64,000 bases of DNA, taken from assembly GCA_030324005.1 (NCBI GenBank), contig JARDVH010000110.1:49871268-49935267 (forward strand). Direction: 5' to 3'. Origin of the DNA: Negaprion brevirostris (lineage: Eukaryota). A program made the translations under genes and the position numbers. Positions within the stretch are counted from its first letter, which is position 1, and the number at the start of each line of letters is the position of its first letter. Positions 1 to 11,725 of the stretch are shown one piece after another. The notes under the pieces were generated by a model. That model saw only the letters and a list, made by a program, of their open reading frames with translations, was not told the origin of the DNA and ran no database searches.

Positions 1-31
1 CCATTTTGTATCTCACCAGTTTTAAGGCTTC

Positions 32-62
32 TATATAGATATATATATATATATATATATAT
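32..62. repeat. (TA)n microsatellite
   Basis: tatatagatatatatatatatatatatatat seen directly. Confidence 0.9.
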
Positions 63-90
63 AGCAAACAGAAAGTCGGGTGGGGGGGGA

Positions 91-184
91 GGCGGTGGCA
101 CAGAGGGCAATTCTGGGGGATTTTCACACTAACTTCATTGCAATGTTAAGCCTATTTGTGACACTAATAAATAAACTTTAAACT
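91..184 (+). mobile_element. HE1-like SINE, internally deleted, tail type B
   Basis: cggtggcacag head followed directly by the ggattttcacactaacttcattgca...gtgacactaataaataaacttta tail seen in other copies. Confidence 0.6.
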
Positions 185-1802
185 TGTCTTACCCCCTCTC
201 TAGCCCAAAGGTTTCAGAAATATAATCATTCACACTAACCTAAGCCCATGGATTTGAATAAGTGATCTGTCCAAACCCCAGGTGGTCTACATTCTGAAAT
301 AGGTATTCTCATAATACTCAGTCAAATGTCTTTTCAGCATCTAAAGGCAGGATCATGGCCTCAACTCCACTACTTTGGGCATGTGTCATGAAGCATTTTT
401 GATTCATCTCCCTTCTTTCTCACACTTGGCTCATTACGTATCTATCTCAATGCTTGGTCAGTATTTTGGGTGATATAATTAGTGGATAGAGATGGATTTA
501 TATAAGGGGTGAACAGAGCAACACACAGCAGACAGCAATGAGCTTCTCCAGCTCCCTCTAGTGTGCACATTTTTCCAAAGTTATGGTCTTCTGAGTCAGG
601 GTTCCATTCTGGAATCTTCCCATCCAGTTATAACTAGGATTGCAAAACCTTCCCAGGACTTACTAAATGCTTTTAAATTAATTGTAGCTTTGTCTTCCAA
701 AAACAATACTCTCAGGTTGCATTTCTTTAAAAGCAATGCACCCACCTGGGGTGGAATTCTCCCATCCTGCCTGTGATGGGTGGGAGCAGAAAATCTAGTT
801 GGAGCCAAAAGGTCTGAAACCTGCCAGCATAAAAGCGATTTGAAATTCTCACAGTAGCAGGTTAATGGTGAGTCAGTTTTCCTGCTGCCTGGTGGTGTGA
901 ATTCTATTTGCATTAATTTGCGTATCATGAATGCTCATTAAAACAGCTGCTCACTGGAATCTCGATGTGGATGTGCCGGCGTTGGACTGGGGTAAACACA
1001 GTAAAACTGCGTCTCCCCGCACCTTCCAATCTTTTCAGCAGGAAATCATGTCAGCCTTAAACCCGCTTGAAAGAGTCACAAATAGTTTCCAAGGCAGACC
1101 TCCGTTGTACAACATATGCAGTCGACTTGCCACAGTGTTGACTGGTTCCTGACCTCCAGCTCCATGTTGAGCTGGTCTTGATGGAAGCACCTCTGATTTC
1201 ACTGATACAGATCAGTACCCGTGCTCAGGATTGGGGAGTGCGGGAGTCTTCTGCTCTTGGTGCCATACACTGCAATGTGCTATTGGACCTATGCAGCTTC
1301 CACTTCAATGTTCAACAGTGAGGGGTGGGGGCGGTGGTGGTGTGGAGAAAAGAGTGCCAGATGAGAACATATGATGGCAGAAGGGCAAGGAAGTGGATAA
1401 ATATGACGAGCAATGAAAGGCAAAGAGAAATGAGAGGTCAGGGAGCTGGATCCCAATGTGAAACACTGATAACAAGGGGGTCATGGAAAGGTATGAATAC
1501 AAATGCCAAAATATGGGGTGGAGGCTTGATAGGGATGATCCAAACCAACACTCAGAAGTTGGGCCGGTTGTGGTTTGCGAGGGTTACTGTTGTCCGAAGT
1601 TCCTGTTTCCAAAGAGGACTATGTCAAGGTTCCCATTTTAGTTCAGGAGTTGGCAGAACAGAGTCAGAATATGCAAACATTCCTCACGTGAAATGGAAAT
1701 GAGTCACAGATGATAGGCAGTCTAGGGAAATGTGGACCTCAGTCTGAAGCCAGAGATGGGCAATGGTGTGGAAGAGTAGTGGGCATTCAGCAAGAGAAAT
1801 CT

Positions 1803-1980
1803 TAAAGTTTATTACTGTTACAAGTAGGCTTACTTATGCAATGAAGTTGCTGTGAAAATCCCCTAGTCACCACACTATGCTGCCTGTTCAGGTACACTGA
1901 GCGAGAATTTAGCATGGCCAATGTGCCTAACCAGCATATTTATCGGACTATGGGAGAAAATCTGAACACCCGGAGGAAAT
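1803..1980 (-). mobile_element. HE1-like V-SINE, tail type B, 5'-truncated
   Basis: Reverse complement of the copies at 39676 and 43187. Confidence 0.8.
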
Positions 1981-1984
1981 ACAA

Positions 1985-2175
1985 TAAGTAGTCTTACAAC
2001 ACCAGGTTAAAGTCCAACGGGTTTATTTGGTACTAGCTTTCAGGGCTGTGCCCCTTTGTCAGGTGAGTGGGGAGTTCTGATCCATTTGCTACCAAATAAA
2101 CCTGCTGGACTTTAACCTGGTGTTGTGAGACTTCTTACTGTGTTTACCCCAATCCAACACCAACATCTCCACATC
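1985..2175. mobile_element. Palindromic short element (probably Penelope terminal-repeat-derived) with hammerhead remnant
   Basis: 48-bp inverted arms 1985-2032 and 2090-2137 (44/48 match). Second copy at 49311-49487; terminal fragment at 965-1003. Confidence 0.7.
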
Positions 2176-3207
2176 TTAACTGAAATGAGGCACCCCTCTA
2201 TAATTGGGGATTGACAAGATTGAATATTTCCGGAACAGACATTGGATAGAACATCAAATCCTGAAGGAAATGTAAGAGGCTGTGTCGCAAAGTACTGAAG
2301 AAAATTATTTACTGAATACAATAGTAAACTGAAATATTAATTGCCAAAGCTTCTGAAGATCCTGACCATTAGTATATTATTCATTTTAAAGCTGCCAACA
2401 GATTCATTCGGATTTTTAGCATTGACTATTTGTCCAATGAAACACTTTTATTGTTGGAGTTTTATTTACACAGTGAAGAGCAAGGATATTTATATAGTGA
2501 AGAGCAAGAAAGCTGAAAGATGCCAGAGAGTTAGCAAGTCATGCACTATCTCACTCATGAAGAAATGCTGAAATAGGCCCAGTATGTTTTGGATGAATAA
2601 ACACTTTAGTTGCCGCAATGAAATTCTGGAACGATGCACTCATTCATTTGCATTCGTTTTGAAAATTCACCAGTGAATATGTTGCTGGACTGGTAATGAA
2701 TGAAAGATCAGGAGAGAGGAGAGTGGCAGCTGGGGAGTTTGAATTTAATTAATTGGATAAATCTGGTACAAAAAGCTAGCATCAGGAATAGTGTCAGAAG
2801 CAATAACAGCAAAGAAGATATGTAATTAGTTCAAGATTTTAGAGGAATCCAATTGTTTCTAAAAATGTTTTGAAAATACCTGTAAAGGGTTTGTAATATG
2901 ATTTGGGGAATAAGAAATGCTGGTCCATGTAACCTGGTGATGTTTGACCTGAAAGCAGTGCCAACAGGAAAGAAGATACAGAAGTCGTTTGCCCAGACAG
3001 GAAGGCAGGAGAGTCAGAGGCAGAAGTGATCAGCAAACCAAGGCAGAGAACTGGATTCCTGAACAGTAAAAAGCCGTTTAGAACTACCACCACTGTTTAT
3101 TTCATGTCAATCTGATAGAATTCCCTATTGGTTACATCATGTGAAGCCACAGGCAGTTCTGGTAGATCCACATTATCTGGATGAACAGAAGCTGAGTGGA
3201 GAAGGTT

Positions 3208-3716
3208 ATCATAGCATTCTCATGGTGCAGACGGGGCCATTCAGCCTGTTGAGCCTGCATCGATAACAATCTTACCCAGGTGCTATCCCTGTAACCCCAT
3301 GTATTTAGTCTGTCAGTCCCCCAACTCTAAGGTGCAATTTATCATAGCCAATCCACCAAATGCGCACATCTTTGGAGTGTGGGAGGAAACCGGAGCACCT
3401 AGAGGAAACACAATGCAGACCTTGGGAGAATGTGCAAACTCCACACATACAAGACAGTTACCAAAGGCTGGAATTGGGAACCCCAGGACACATGAGCATT
3501 TCAGGGTGCCTGATAATATCACAATTAGGGAAACAATTAACCCTCGNNNNNNNNNNNNNNNNNNNNNNNNNNNNNNNNNNNNNNNNNNNNNNNNNNNNNN
3601 NNNNNNNNNNNNNNNNNNNNNNNNNNNNNNNNNNNNNNNNNNNNNNGCAACCCAAACCAGGAATCAAATCGGGATCTCTGGCACTATGAGGCAGCAGTGA
3701 TAATCACTGTGCCACC
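3208..3716 (-). mobile_element. HE1 V-SINE, tail type A, interrupted by an insertion and gap
   Basis: gtgggaggaaaccggagcacc...gagaatgtgcaaactccacac core; head ends gcagcagtgataatcactgtgccac. Confidence 0.8.
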
Positions 3717-3989
3717 CCAATAATTGGGAGAATGGTGTATCCCAGCTGCAGGGAGGGGTAAGGGCTGTGCGCTGCACAGGAGAAAAAAAAGATTGGTGTG
3801 CAGGCTGCATATGCTTCTGGGCTTTGTATGTAATAGTGTGCACAGCCTCCAGATTGGAGGGCTAAAGGTCCACGTGGGCATGTACATAAGTGATGAACTT
3901 GGGGCAGGATGTTGTCACCAAAATGACAGGATCCCATATTAGTGGTGGAGATTGGAGAATAACAGGTAACACTTCTATCTGTAAATCGT

Positions 3990-4800
3990 GAGGTTCCAGG
4001 TAAATGAGTGGCATTTGGATGGTGAGCAACGAGGAGGTAAAGGGGCAGGTGTTGCACCTCCTGTGGTTGATGGGAAGATGCAATGGGAAGGGGGCAAGGT
4101 GTTGGATATGGAAGAGGAGTGGGCTAATGTATCCTGGAGGGAACAGTCCCTGCAGAATGCTGATGGGGCATTGAGGAGAAGATATGTTTGTTGGTGGCAT
4201 CATGCTGGAGTTGGTGGAAATGCCAAAGAATAATCTTTTGAGTATGGAGACTGGTGGGTGAAAAGTGAGGACAAACGGGACCCTATCCTGGTTCTCAGAG
4301 AGGGGTGAAGCAGTGAAAGCAGTGGTACAGATGAGTCAGACACAATTGAAAGCCCTGTCAACAACAGTGGGTGGAAAACTACAATAAAGAAAGATATATC
4401 AGCAGTGCTAGTTTGGAAAGAGGTATCATCAGAACAGATACGACAAAGATGGAACAACAAAAAAAAAACAAATCAATCCACCATGAGGCTCTCGCTGGGG
4501 TCTGCCACTGATAGAGAATGCTATGGATTCTTACAGGACATGGGATGTGAACAGCTGTAGTTGAGGTACCTGTGGGAGTCGGTGGGCTTGTGATAGATAC
4601 TAGTGGACAGTCTAGCACCGGAAAAGAGAAAGGTAAAGGAAGGAAAGGTAAGTGTCAGAGATGGACCATGGGAAGGTAACAGAGGAGTGAAAATTGGAAG
4701 TGAAAGTTGTTACAATTTTTTCAGTTCCTGACAAGAGCATGAAGTGGCATTGAAATTAAAAAGTTGTGGCAGGGGTGCTGGGGTAGGACTGGAACAAGGA
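3990..4800 (-). mobile_element. Penelope-like retroelement relic (RT C-terminus and Cys-rich linker)
   Basis: Frameshifted minus-strand peptides RLSTSIYHKPTDSHRYLNYSCSHP, LCRICSDD and RRCNTCPF are typical Penelope/GIY-YIG element motifs. Confidence 0.8.
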
Positions 4801-5514
4801 ATAATCCACATACCAAAACATCGGGGTGCTTCTTGGAGCCACCATGCAGGTACAGGACTTACCTCTACATCTGGACTCCACAGATCAAAGCATCGAGTAT
4901 TCAATGGCTGAAGCATGGTGCAGCCTTATTCTTCAGGAAGGTAGCCTTTTACTTCTGGACTTCATGCCAATCCGACCAGCAGCAGCAGCACCACTGGAAC
5001 TGCTGGACACCGCACTTGGAAAACAAAATGGGAAAATGGAGGCCCTTGTCTCCAATACTGCAGCAAAGTCAGCCCACCTGTTGTTTTAGGATCTTACCTT
5101 TTTAGCTGTCAAGTCAACATGGATCCAACCTTTTAAGTATAATAGTCTACAAGCTGTTTTGGTTGCGTTTATCATACTTTCTAGTTAAAATTTTCCAGAC
5201 TTCAAATTACCCATGAACCATGAACTATGTACTTAAATGGAGGAAAAATTAAGACTCCTAGACACAGTTGTAATAAATAGTATCAAATATTGATCATTAA
5301 AATTGCAGTGAGAGAGAATGCATAGTATCAAATAAAAGGCTCACACCTAAATCCAAAGTAAGTGGAATTGAAAGAAATAAAACAAGTATCTGGGTACCCT
5401 ATTACTAGATGAAGGGGAAAAATGATCAAGATATCAAGAAGCCTATTACACTTTCAAAGTAAGCCTTCAGAAAATTTCAGATCTCTTTTAGAAATAAAAA
5501 CAGCTCAGATTATT

Positions 5515-6387
5515 AAAATTGGGGGAGTAGCAGATAGTGAGGAGAATGGTCAGAGGATACAGATCAGCTGGAGACCTGGGCTCAAAGATGGCGGATGGAA
5601 TTTAATCCAGGCAATGTGAGGTGATGTGATTTGGAAGGTCTCATGCAGAAGGAAAGTATACAGTAAATGGTAGAGCCCTTAGAAATATTAGCTATGCAGA
5701 GGAATCTTAGTGTGCAGATCCATAGTTCCCTGAAGGTGTCAGTTCAGGTGGACAAGAAGGTGTATGGCATGCTGGCCTTCATCAATCAGAGCATTGAGTA
5801 AAGGAATTGGAAATTCATGTTGCAGTTATTTAAGACTTTGGTTAGGCCGCATTTGGAGTAGTGTATACAATTCTGGTCGCCATACTACCAGGAAGATGTT
5901 GATGCATTGGAAAGGATGCAGAAGAAATTTACCAGTATGTTGCCTGGTTTGGAGGATATAGATTATGAAGAAAGGTTGAATAAACTTGGATTGTTTTCAA
6001 TGGAGCGTCAGAGAATGAGGGGAGAGGTTTACAAGATTATGACAGGCTCGGATAGAGTGGAGAGTCAGATTCTGGATTCCCAGGATCAAAGGGTGAATTA
6101 CTTGGGGGCGTAGATTGAAAGTGAGAGGGGGAAAAGTTTAAAAGTGATGTAAGGGTCAAGTTTTTCACAGAGTGGTGAATGCCTGGAACACACTGCTGAA
6201 GGAGGTGGTGGAAACAGATTCTAAAACAACGTTCATGAAGCATTTGGATAGATAGATAAAAGGGCAGGAATAGAGGGATTTGGATCACGTAGAGGCAAGA
6301 AAATATTAGATGAGAGAGACATATGTGTTGGTGCAGACTTGGTGGGCCAAAGGGCCTGTTCCTGTACTGTACTATTCTTTGTTCTTT
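5515..6387 (+). mobile_element. CR1-clade (HER1-like) LINE 3' fragment
   Basis: Decayed RT C-terminus (KTLVRPHLE..VQFWSP-like; ERMQKKFTSMLPGLEDIDYEERLNKLGLFS) and the 3' tail gggccaaagggcctgtt...ttctttgttcttt. Confidence 0.88.
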
Positions 6388-7980
6388 ATTAAGCCTGGTC
6401 ATGTTATTATCTGGAAGCTAAAATTGGAATACAAGCAAGACTATACAAGATAAATAAAAGGCATCAGGGATGTGGTTTCTGAGACAAAGCACAAGAGTTA
6501 CTTCGAAAACACATACAACTAAGGAGAAAGTTTTCAGGTAGGCAGGCACACAAGAACGTTTGGAGATGATCACCAAGAAACAACTACAATTCTTTGTACA
6601 CATACTTAGGAGAGAGAAACCATACTCCTGGCAGTGACTGATAAATGAGGAAATACATTCTCAATTTAAGTTGCAGGACAGGTATAATATTTGAGAACAC
6701 CATCAAAATGGGCTGTTATCAATGACTGAAATGTAGTGAGCCATAGTCACTTGTGTTGTAAAACATGGCACCTGGAGAAAAAGAGTTTTAAATGAAGTTG
6801 TATTTGATCTTTGTCTTTCGTGGAAAGGATTTGGGAAGGAGTCGGGTTTAAATGTGTTTTACAGCAAAAATGAATTTGGACAGATTTTAAAAGTAATGCA
6901 GTCTTTATCAGGTGGTCAATGACATGAGCCAGTTTGTACCATGTCACAGCTCACAAATGATTGCAAACTGAAGCAAGGAAATTTAATCAGCTCATCCCAG
7001 AAAAACCTCTATTTACTTCGAATGGCTGGTGCTTTATTTAAACTCAAATTCCCTTCTTAGGGGGCAGCAGGGGAAATACATTGTTGAAACTTTTACTAGC
7101 AAGACTATTGATCGGAGGAATGTTCAGAAGGATCTTTTCATTAGCTGAGGCATTCTGCCAATGAATTTGGTCTGAGAAAGAAGCATAGCCTAGCATGGGC
7201 AAACTCAATTATGAAGCTCAATGCTAAGGTTAGAAGATTAAACAGTATCAAGTTATGCCAATGGATAGGGACAGTGTGCACTATTTATTAATCTCCTTAA
7301 TTTCAGAATTTTGTAAGTAATTGAATCAGGGAGCCCTTTCTTTACAATTGCTGCACTAAAAAAAAAAAATCACTTGCCGTTTGTATCTGTTCACATCTTA
7401 CTAAGTCTTTGTAAAGACTATAGAAGCATAGAAGAGCAGGTTTTAATTGTTACATTGTGGGTTACCAAATTGGATCATTAGATATTAGGCACTTCGGCAT
7501 ACTCCTGAATTTAAACTGCTCACTCGGTTTACAGAACTAACTGATAGCATTGTGCCAAAGAGAACGTCCAAGGTAGAATCAACTTTTTTAATCAGTTACT
7601 TCGAAAGAGGATGTACAGTACACTTAATGCTTACATGAAGTTTAAATCTGGCCCAGATTGTCAGCTAAAAAAACTCCAAAGTTAGTTTTCAACTTAATTT
7701 GTAGTAAGTGCAAATCCAGAGGACAAGCGTTGACCAAAATTCTGCATTCAAATGATTAATTTCATTTTCCCAATGAGTAAAAATAGGCAGGTATGCAAAC
7801 CTAATTCATTATTATTTCAGCTTTGTTATAAAGTGTGATCTATTTTGATGTTACTTTATAAGAACAAAATGCTCCAAATATTTAGGTATTAATCAGTATG
7901 AGAAATATAATCAACAAGATGAACATTACCTTAACGTTGACAAGTTTGCATGGGTGGAGTGAGAAGTAAGAGTTTTATAA

Positions 7981-8300
7981 AATTCATTTGCAGGATGCGG
8001 GCATCGCTGGCTTTGTTTGTTGCCCTTGAGAAAGTGGCGATGAGCTGCCTTCTTGAACTGCTGCAGTCTCTGGAGGGAGTTCCAGGATTTAGACCCAGTG
8101 GCAGGGATCGAACGGCAATATGTTTGCAAATCAGGATGTTGAGCGAGTTGGGAGGAGGAACTTTAGGTGGTGGCGTTCCATGCGTAATCTGCCCATGTCC
8201 TTCTAGATGGTTGCAGTCGTGGGTTTGGAAGGTGCTGTCTAAGGAGTCTTGGTGAGCTCCCGCAATGCATCTCGTAGATGGTAAACTGCTGCCACTGTTA
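7981..8300 (-). mobile_element. L2/CR1-group LINE 3' end (same family as 29470-33060)
   Basis: Reverse complement of cagcagttcaagaaggcagctcatcgccactttctcaagggcaac; SKSWNSL...LQQFKKAAHRH peptide. Confidence 0.75.
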
Positions 8301-8697
8301 ATCGGTGGTGCAGTGAGTGAAATGTCATCTTCGTCCACAAGGAATGGCATGCATTTTTCCTGCAAAGTGCTACAAACCCTATGGAGCCCTGATAATTTGT
8401 ATAGCTGGTTCTTAAAAGTTATGAAAAACTATGCCTTATTCAAATCAAGTTCCTGCATTTCAGTGAACTTCAAAGCAACTGGGGAAAAAAGCTGATCTCT
8501 GAAAATGTTATTCTTAAATTGGAGTGCTCAACACTGCCACTGGAGAGAATGGAATATTCTTTTCAACAGTTAAGTTACTCACTCTGAAAAAAGTTCAATA
8601 TTCATCTGAGCCTCCCATGAATAATAATTTTTGTAATATTGTATTTGAGATAATACAATAAATTGTTTAACTGACATTAAGCCAAATGATGAGACAG

Positions 8698-8720
8698 TTT
8701 ATTTTCTTTACACATTTATT
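8698..8720 (-). terminator. Distal tandem polyadenylation signals (2x AATAAA)
   Basis: tttatt at 8698-8703 and 8715-8720 on +; TGTA motifs nearby. Confidence 0.6.
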
Positions 8721-8784
8721 GCAGAAAAGAATTCTCAAAAAAGTAACAAATGGGAAATATTATATAGTGCACACTTAGGGAAAG

Positions 8785-8792
8785 TATTTACA
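8785..8792 (-). promoter_or_regulatory. Pumilio response element TGTAAATA
   Basis: tatttaca on +, about 65 nt upstream of the distal AATAAA. Confidence 0.4.
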
Positions 8793-9004
8793 GAATGTCT
8801 GGAAGTCTTGTACTATTCAGCCAGTAACTTCCATTTGAGTCAAATAAATTAAAAAATACTGTAAAAGACATTACAATTGACAACATATTAAATACAATGA
8901 TATATTCCGGTGTACAATGCTCTTAAGCTCAGGATTCATTGTTGCAATTATTTAGAAATTAAATTGTAAATAAAGTTACTTTGAAAAGTTACACAAAATC
9001 TCCC

Positions 9005-9012
9005 TTAAGACT
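9005..9012 (-). promoter_or_regulatory. miR-499-5p 8mer seed match (AGTCTTAA)
   Basis: ttaagact on +; complementary to miR-499-5p nt 2-8 (UAAGACU) plus A1. Confidence 0.5.
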
Positions 9013-10688
9013 TTAAAACCATGATGCATGAAATGAAAAAGTGCAAGAGAAGTTTTGTGTTTATACAAGAGTACTGTCTTGGATTACAGTAAAAGAGAAC
9101 ATTAACATCACTCCTAAAAAATCCAAATATCCCTTATTAAAGTAAACACTCAGTTTCAAGGTTTTTTTAAAAAAACTGTACCTTGCAACTTGTACATCAT
9201 TACCTCAACCAAAATAAATTCAAATCAGGTTTTTAATGATAGCTGGTGCCTCTTATCTTATATTCCCCATAATTAAGCCTGTGATTGAAGTAATGAGCAC
9301 AAAATCAATTCATACTGTAGCTGGCTCGAATACACGTCAGAATAAACTGCAAGCAGTAGATTAAAGATAATTACTACTGTACTTCAGCAACAGTGAAACC
9401 AAGCCACTCATTTTTAATTCATCTTTACTTTCTTCTCTCCCTGCCATCCTCCACCCCCCAACACCTTCTCCCACCATTCTAAATATTATTCCTTAATTGA
9501 GACAGCAAGATGGTGATTGAAAACCATGCTTCTGACAACGTCGCAAAAAACATTACGCTTTCTCTCCTCTCAAAATGCTTACAACTGGGATACGCAGGTT
9601 ACTGTGCATATTGCAGGGAGATGGACGGAAAACAAAACTAATTCATTCCCTACCAGACCAGGACAGAGTGTGCACACCAACAAAAACATAACTGAAATTC
9701 TTTATCAAAAAGTATTCATAAATCTGTCAATGATTTTAATTTTCAGAGATGGAGGATTAATTTTTCTAGATTACATTTACCTTGGTTCATTGTCCAAATT
9801 TTATCCCCTTACTCCAACCTTTCCCCCTTTGATCCTGAAAGATTTTACTTGTAGCATTGGCGGACAACTGAACTTCAAAATAGCTGTTGCAGCCTACCAA
9901 ATTATATCCCAACTCTCCATCCCGGCCTCAACTAGGTAAGCATTAGGTTGTGAAACCAGCGCTATCAAAACTGGGGACATGAAAAAGTAAAAACTATTTT
10001 AAAGTATTTTGTGTCTTTGATATTGATTGTGTACTAAATGTGGGCATCAGAATAAAAGTTATTAGATTGTCTCATCACAATATCCTAAGCCAGGCCCATA
10101 TTCAACAATCCACACCCTGAATCACATGTTAAAAGATCAATGCCCTATTCTCACCATGTAAGCAGAATTCCCACCCCAACCACCCCTAAATGTTTTCTCC
10201 ATCATTAGTCCCATTCATTGTGGCTCCAATGTCTGAGAATGCAATTAGCTTAGCACCTTCAGCTGAATACCATGCATAGAATCAGAGAAACAAAGACCAA
10301 AGAACAAAATTAAGCCAAGTTGGAATTTAAGAAACAGAACTGAGAGCAGAATTAAGCCCTTGGTACAGTATTAACTGAGGTAGTACAGTTTTTGAATTGG
10401 TTTCCCATCCCCAATAAAAACTTTTTTGAATGTTAGGTCGGGGGTCAGATCTGTTGACAGAAGAATTTTTACTGATGAAACAAATGAATGCACGGCATTG
10501 CAACTGATGCTTTCCTATATGATTTTAATTGGCTATACCCCCCCATATATCCATTGCTTCAATGCTTAAATGGTAGCAACAGCAATCATAGATAATTATT
10601 TTACCAATCAAAAGGCAATGATTAGCATTGTTTAACTGTCAGTTATATCAATGTATTTCCGAAAACATTAAAACAGACATTTTTGAAG

Positions 10689-10694
10689 TTTATT
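10689..10694 (-). terminator. Proximal polyadenylation signal AATAAA
   Basis: tttatt on +; upstream TGTA motifs and downstream GU/U-rich tgtctgttttaatgtttt on the minus strand. Confidence 0.55.
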
Positions 10695-11133
10695 CTTAAC
10701 AGGGTTTTTGCAAAAGTAAAAGTACAAAACATTTCTTTCCAAATACTCTATCCGTAAGAGTACAAAAAAATAAAAACACGTAAATATATGTTCAGGTTCA
10801 ATAAGAACAGGAGAGGTTAGTCTGACTTCCCTGAAGTCAAAAAGTTTCCAAACGTACAAGGTCATGGTTCTAGATCAATCAGAAGACAAAACAGCAATTT
10901 CATGCTCTTGGTTTCAAATTGCGGTTGTTCAAACACTCGTACTCCGAAAAAGAACGTTTCATATTCCCTTTTGGTCTCCTGATCCAAAATTCTCCATTGT
11001 TGGTTTGACTGCGGACAGTACAAGTGTTGAGAAAGGCGACTCCTAAGCAGAGTCTCTTCTCCCTGCCCCTACCCCACCATTGTGATTTTGTGTGTAGCAT
11101 TTCCATGCAGCTAAAACACAGACGCTTTGTCGC

Positions 11134-11140
11134 TTAAGAC
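11134..11140 (-). promoter_or_regulatory. miR-499/miR-208 7mer-A1 seed match (GTCTTAA)
   Basis: ttaagac on +, about 105 nt after the stop codon. Confidence 0.4.
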
Positions 11141-11243
11141 AAGAATTACAAAACTTGGAGAATGTAGAGAATTTGGTGCTGTCTTCCAGTTTGTGCAGTC
11201 ATTTCCCTTGCAACTGTTTAACATGACTTGGCAATTGAGCAAT

Positions 11244-11322
11244 TCAAAGCAGTATCTGGGCCACATACGGTGAATGAGTGCTTGCTACAGCTGCCAGCAA
11301 GGGCAGGTCACTGGATTCAATC
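11244..11322 (-). CDS. FNIP1: FNIP1 exon 18, coding part with TGA stop
   Basis: 79 nt, ccttag|G ATT... [25 protein letters not shown], matching the recalled FNIP1 C-terminus. Confidence 0.97.
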
Positions 11323-11579
11323 CTAAGGTAGGAGAAACAGAAGTAGTAGTTTCAAATTAGAGTTCCGTAAAGCAAGCAGACATGGCATCAGCACACCTCT
11401 ACTTATCTATTGAATACTAGTTAAACTTTTACTGACAGGCACATTTTGGTTCAAAGAAAAGCTATAACAAGTGACAGCTGGGAAGTTTTTCCTTACTGAA
11501 CATGTTTGCGTTCATAATAATGTTGGGTCTAATATTTTATAGAAATCAGTTTTTGAGAGATGACCTGCTCTGGAAGTCT

Positions 11580-11725
11580 ACTTGCTGAACACAGAATGGT
11601 GTCATGTTCAATTTCCAATCTGCAGTGAGTCGGGCTTATCTCAGCCCGGTCAAAAGGATATCTAAACGAACCTCAGCATCATGGATTAGGGAGGGTTAAA
11701 AAAAAGTCAGCCTTAACTTCTGTAA
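11580..11725 (+). mobile_element. Old tRNA-type SINE fragment
   Basis: B-box-like gttcaattt and weak similarity to an inverted copy at about 12700-12835; judged by eye. Confidence 0.35.

Larger units (their letters stand above)
8680..11243 (-). other. FNIP1: Probable FNIP1 3' UTR (long form, about 2.5 kb)
   Basis: AT-rich stretch with no recognisable repeats, running from the stop codon to paired AATAAA signals; many TGTA and U-rich motifs on the minus strand. The end point is inferred. Confidence 0.65.

Noticed and set aside
1684-1691. TCACGTGA (CLEAR/E-box) as a TFEB/MITF site; also CACGTG at about 37564 and 61766
   Set aside because: Isolated short motifs at chance frequency, far from the promoter, one inside a CR1 relic.
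747-1750. MITE/Harbinger-like relics here and at about 37140-37350, 38160-39660, 47090-47245 and 59330-59560
   Set aside because: Terminal-like motifs (gggtggaattctccc, gtaaaattcagccc) are suggestive, but I could not pair TIRs or find transposase motifs, so no feature is called.
1985-2137. Long hairpin as a pre-miRNA
   Set aside because: It is a multicopy repeat with a loop of about 57 nt; better explained as a palindromic mobile element.
1-8600. First exon or CpG-island promoter of the expected downstream neighbour RAPGEF6
   Set aside because: No CpG island or recognisable coding exon found; the region is mostly repeats.
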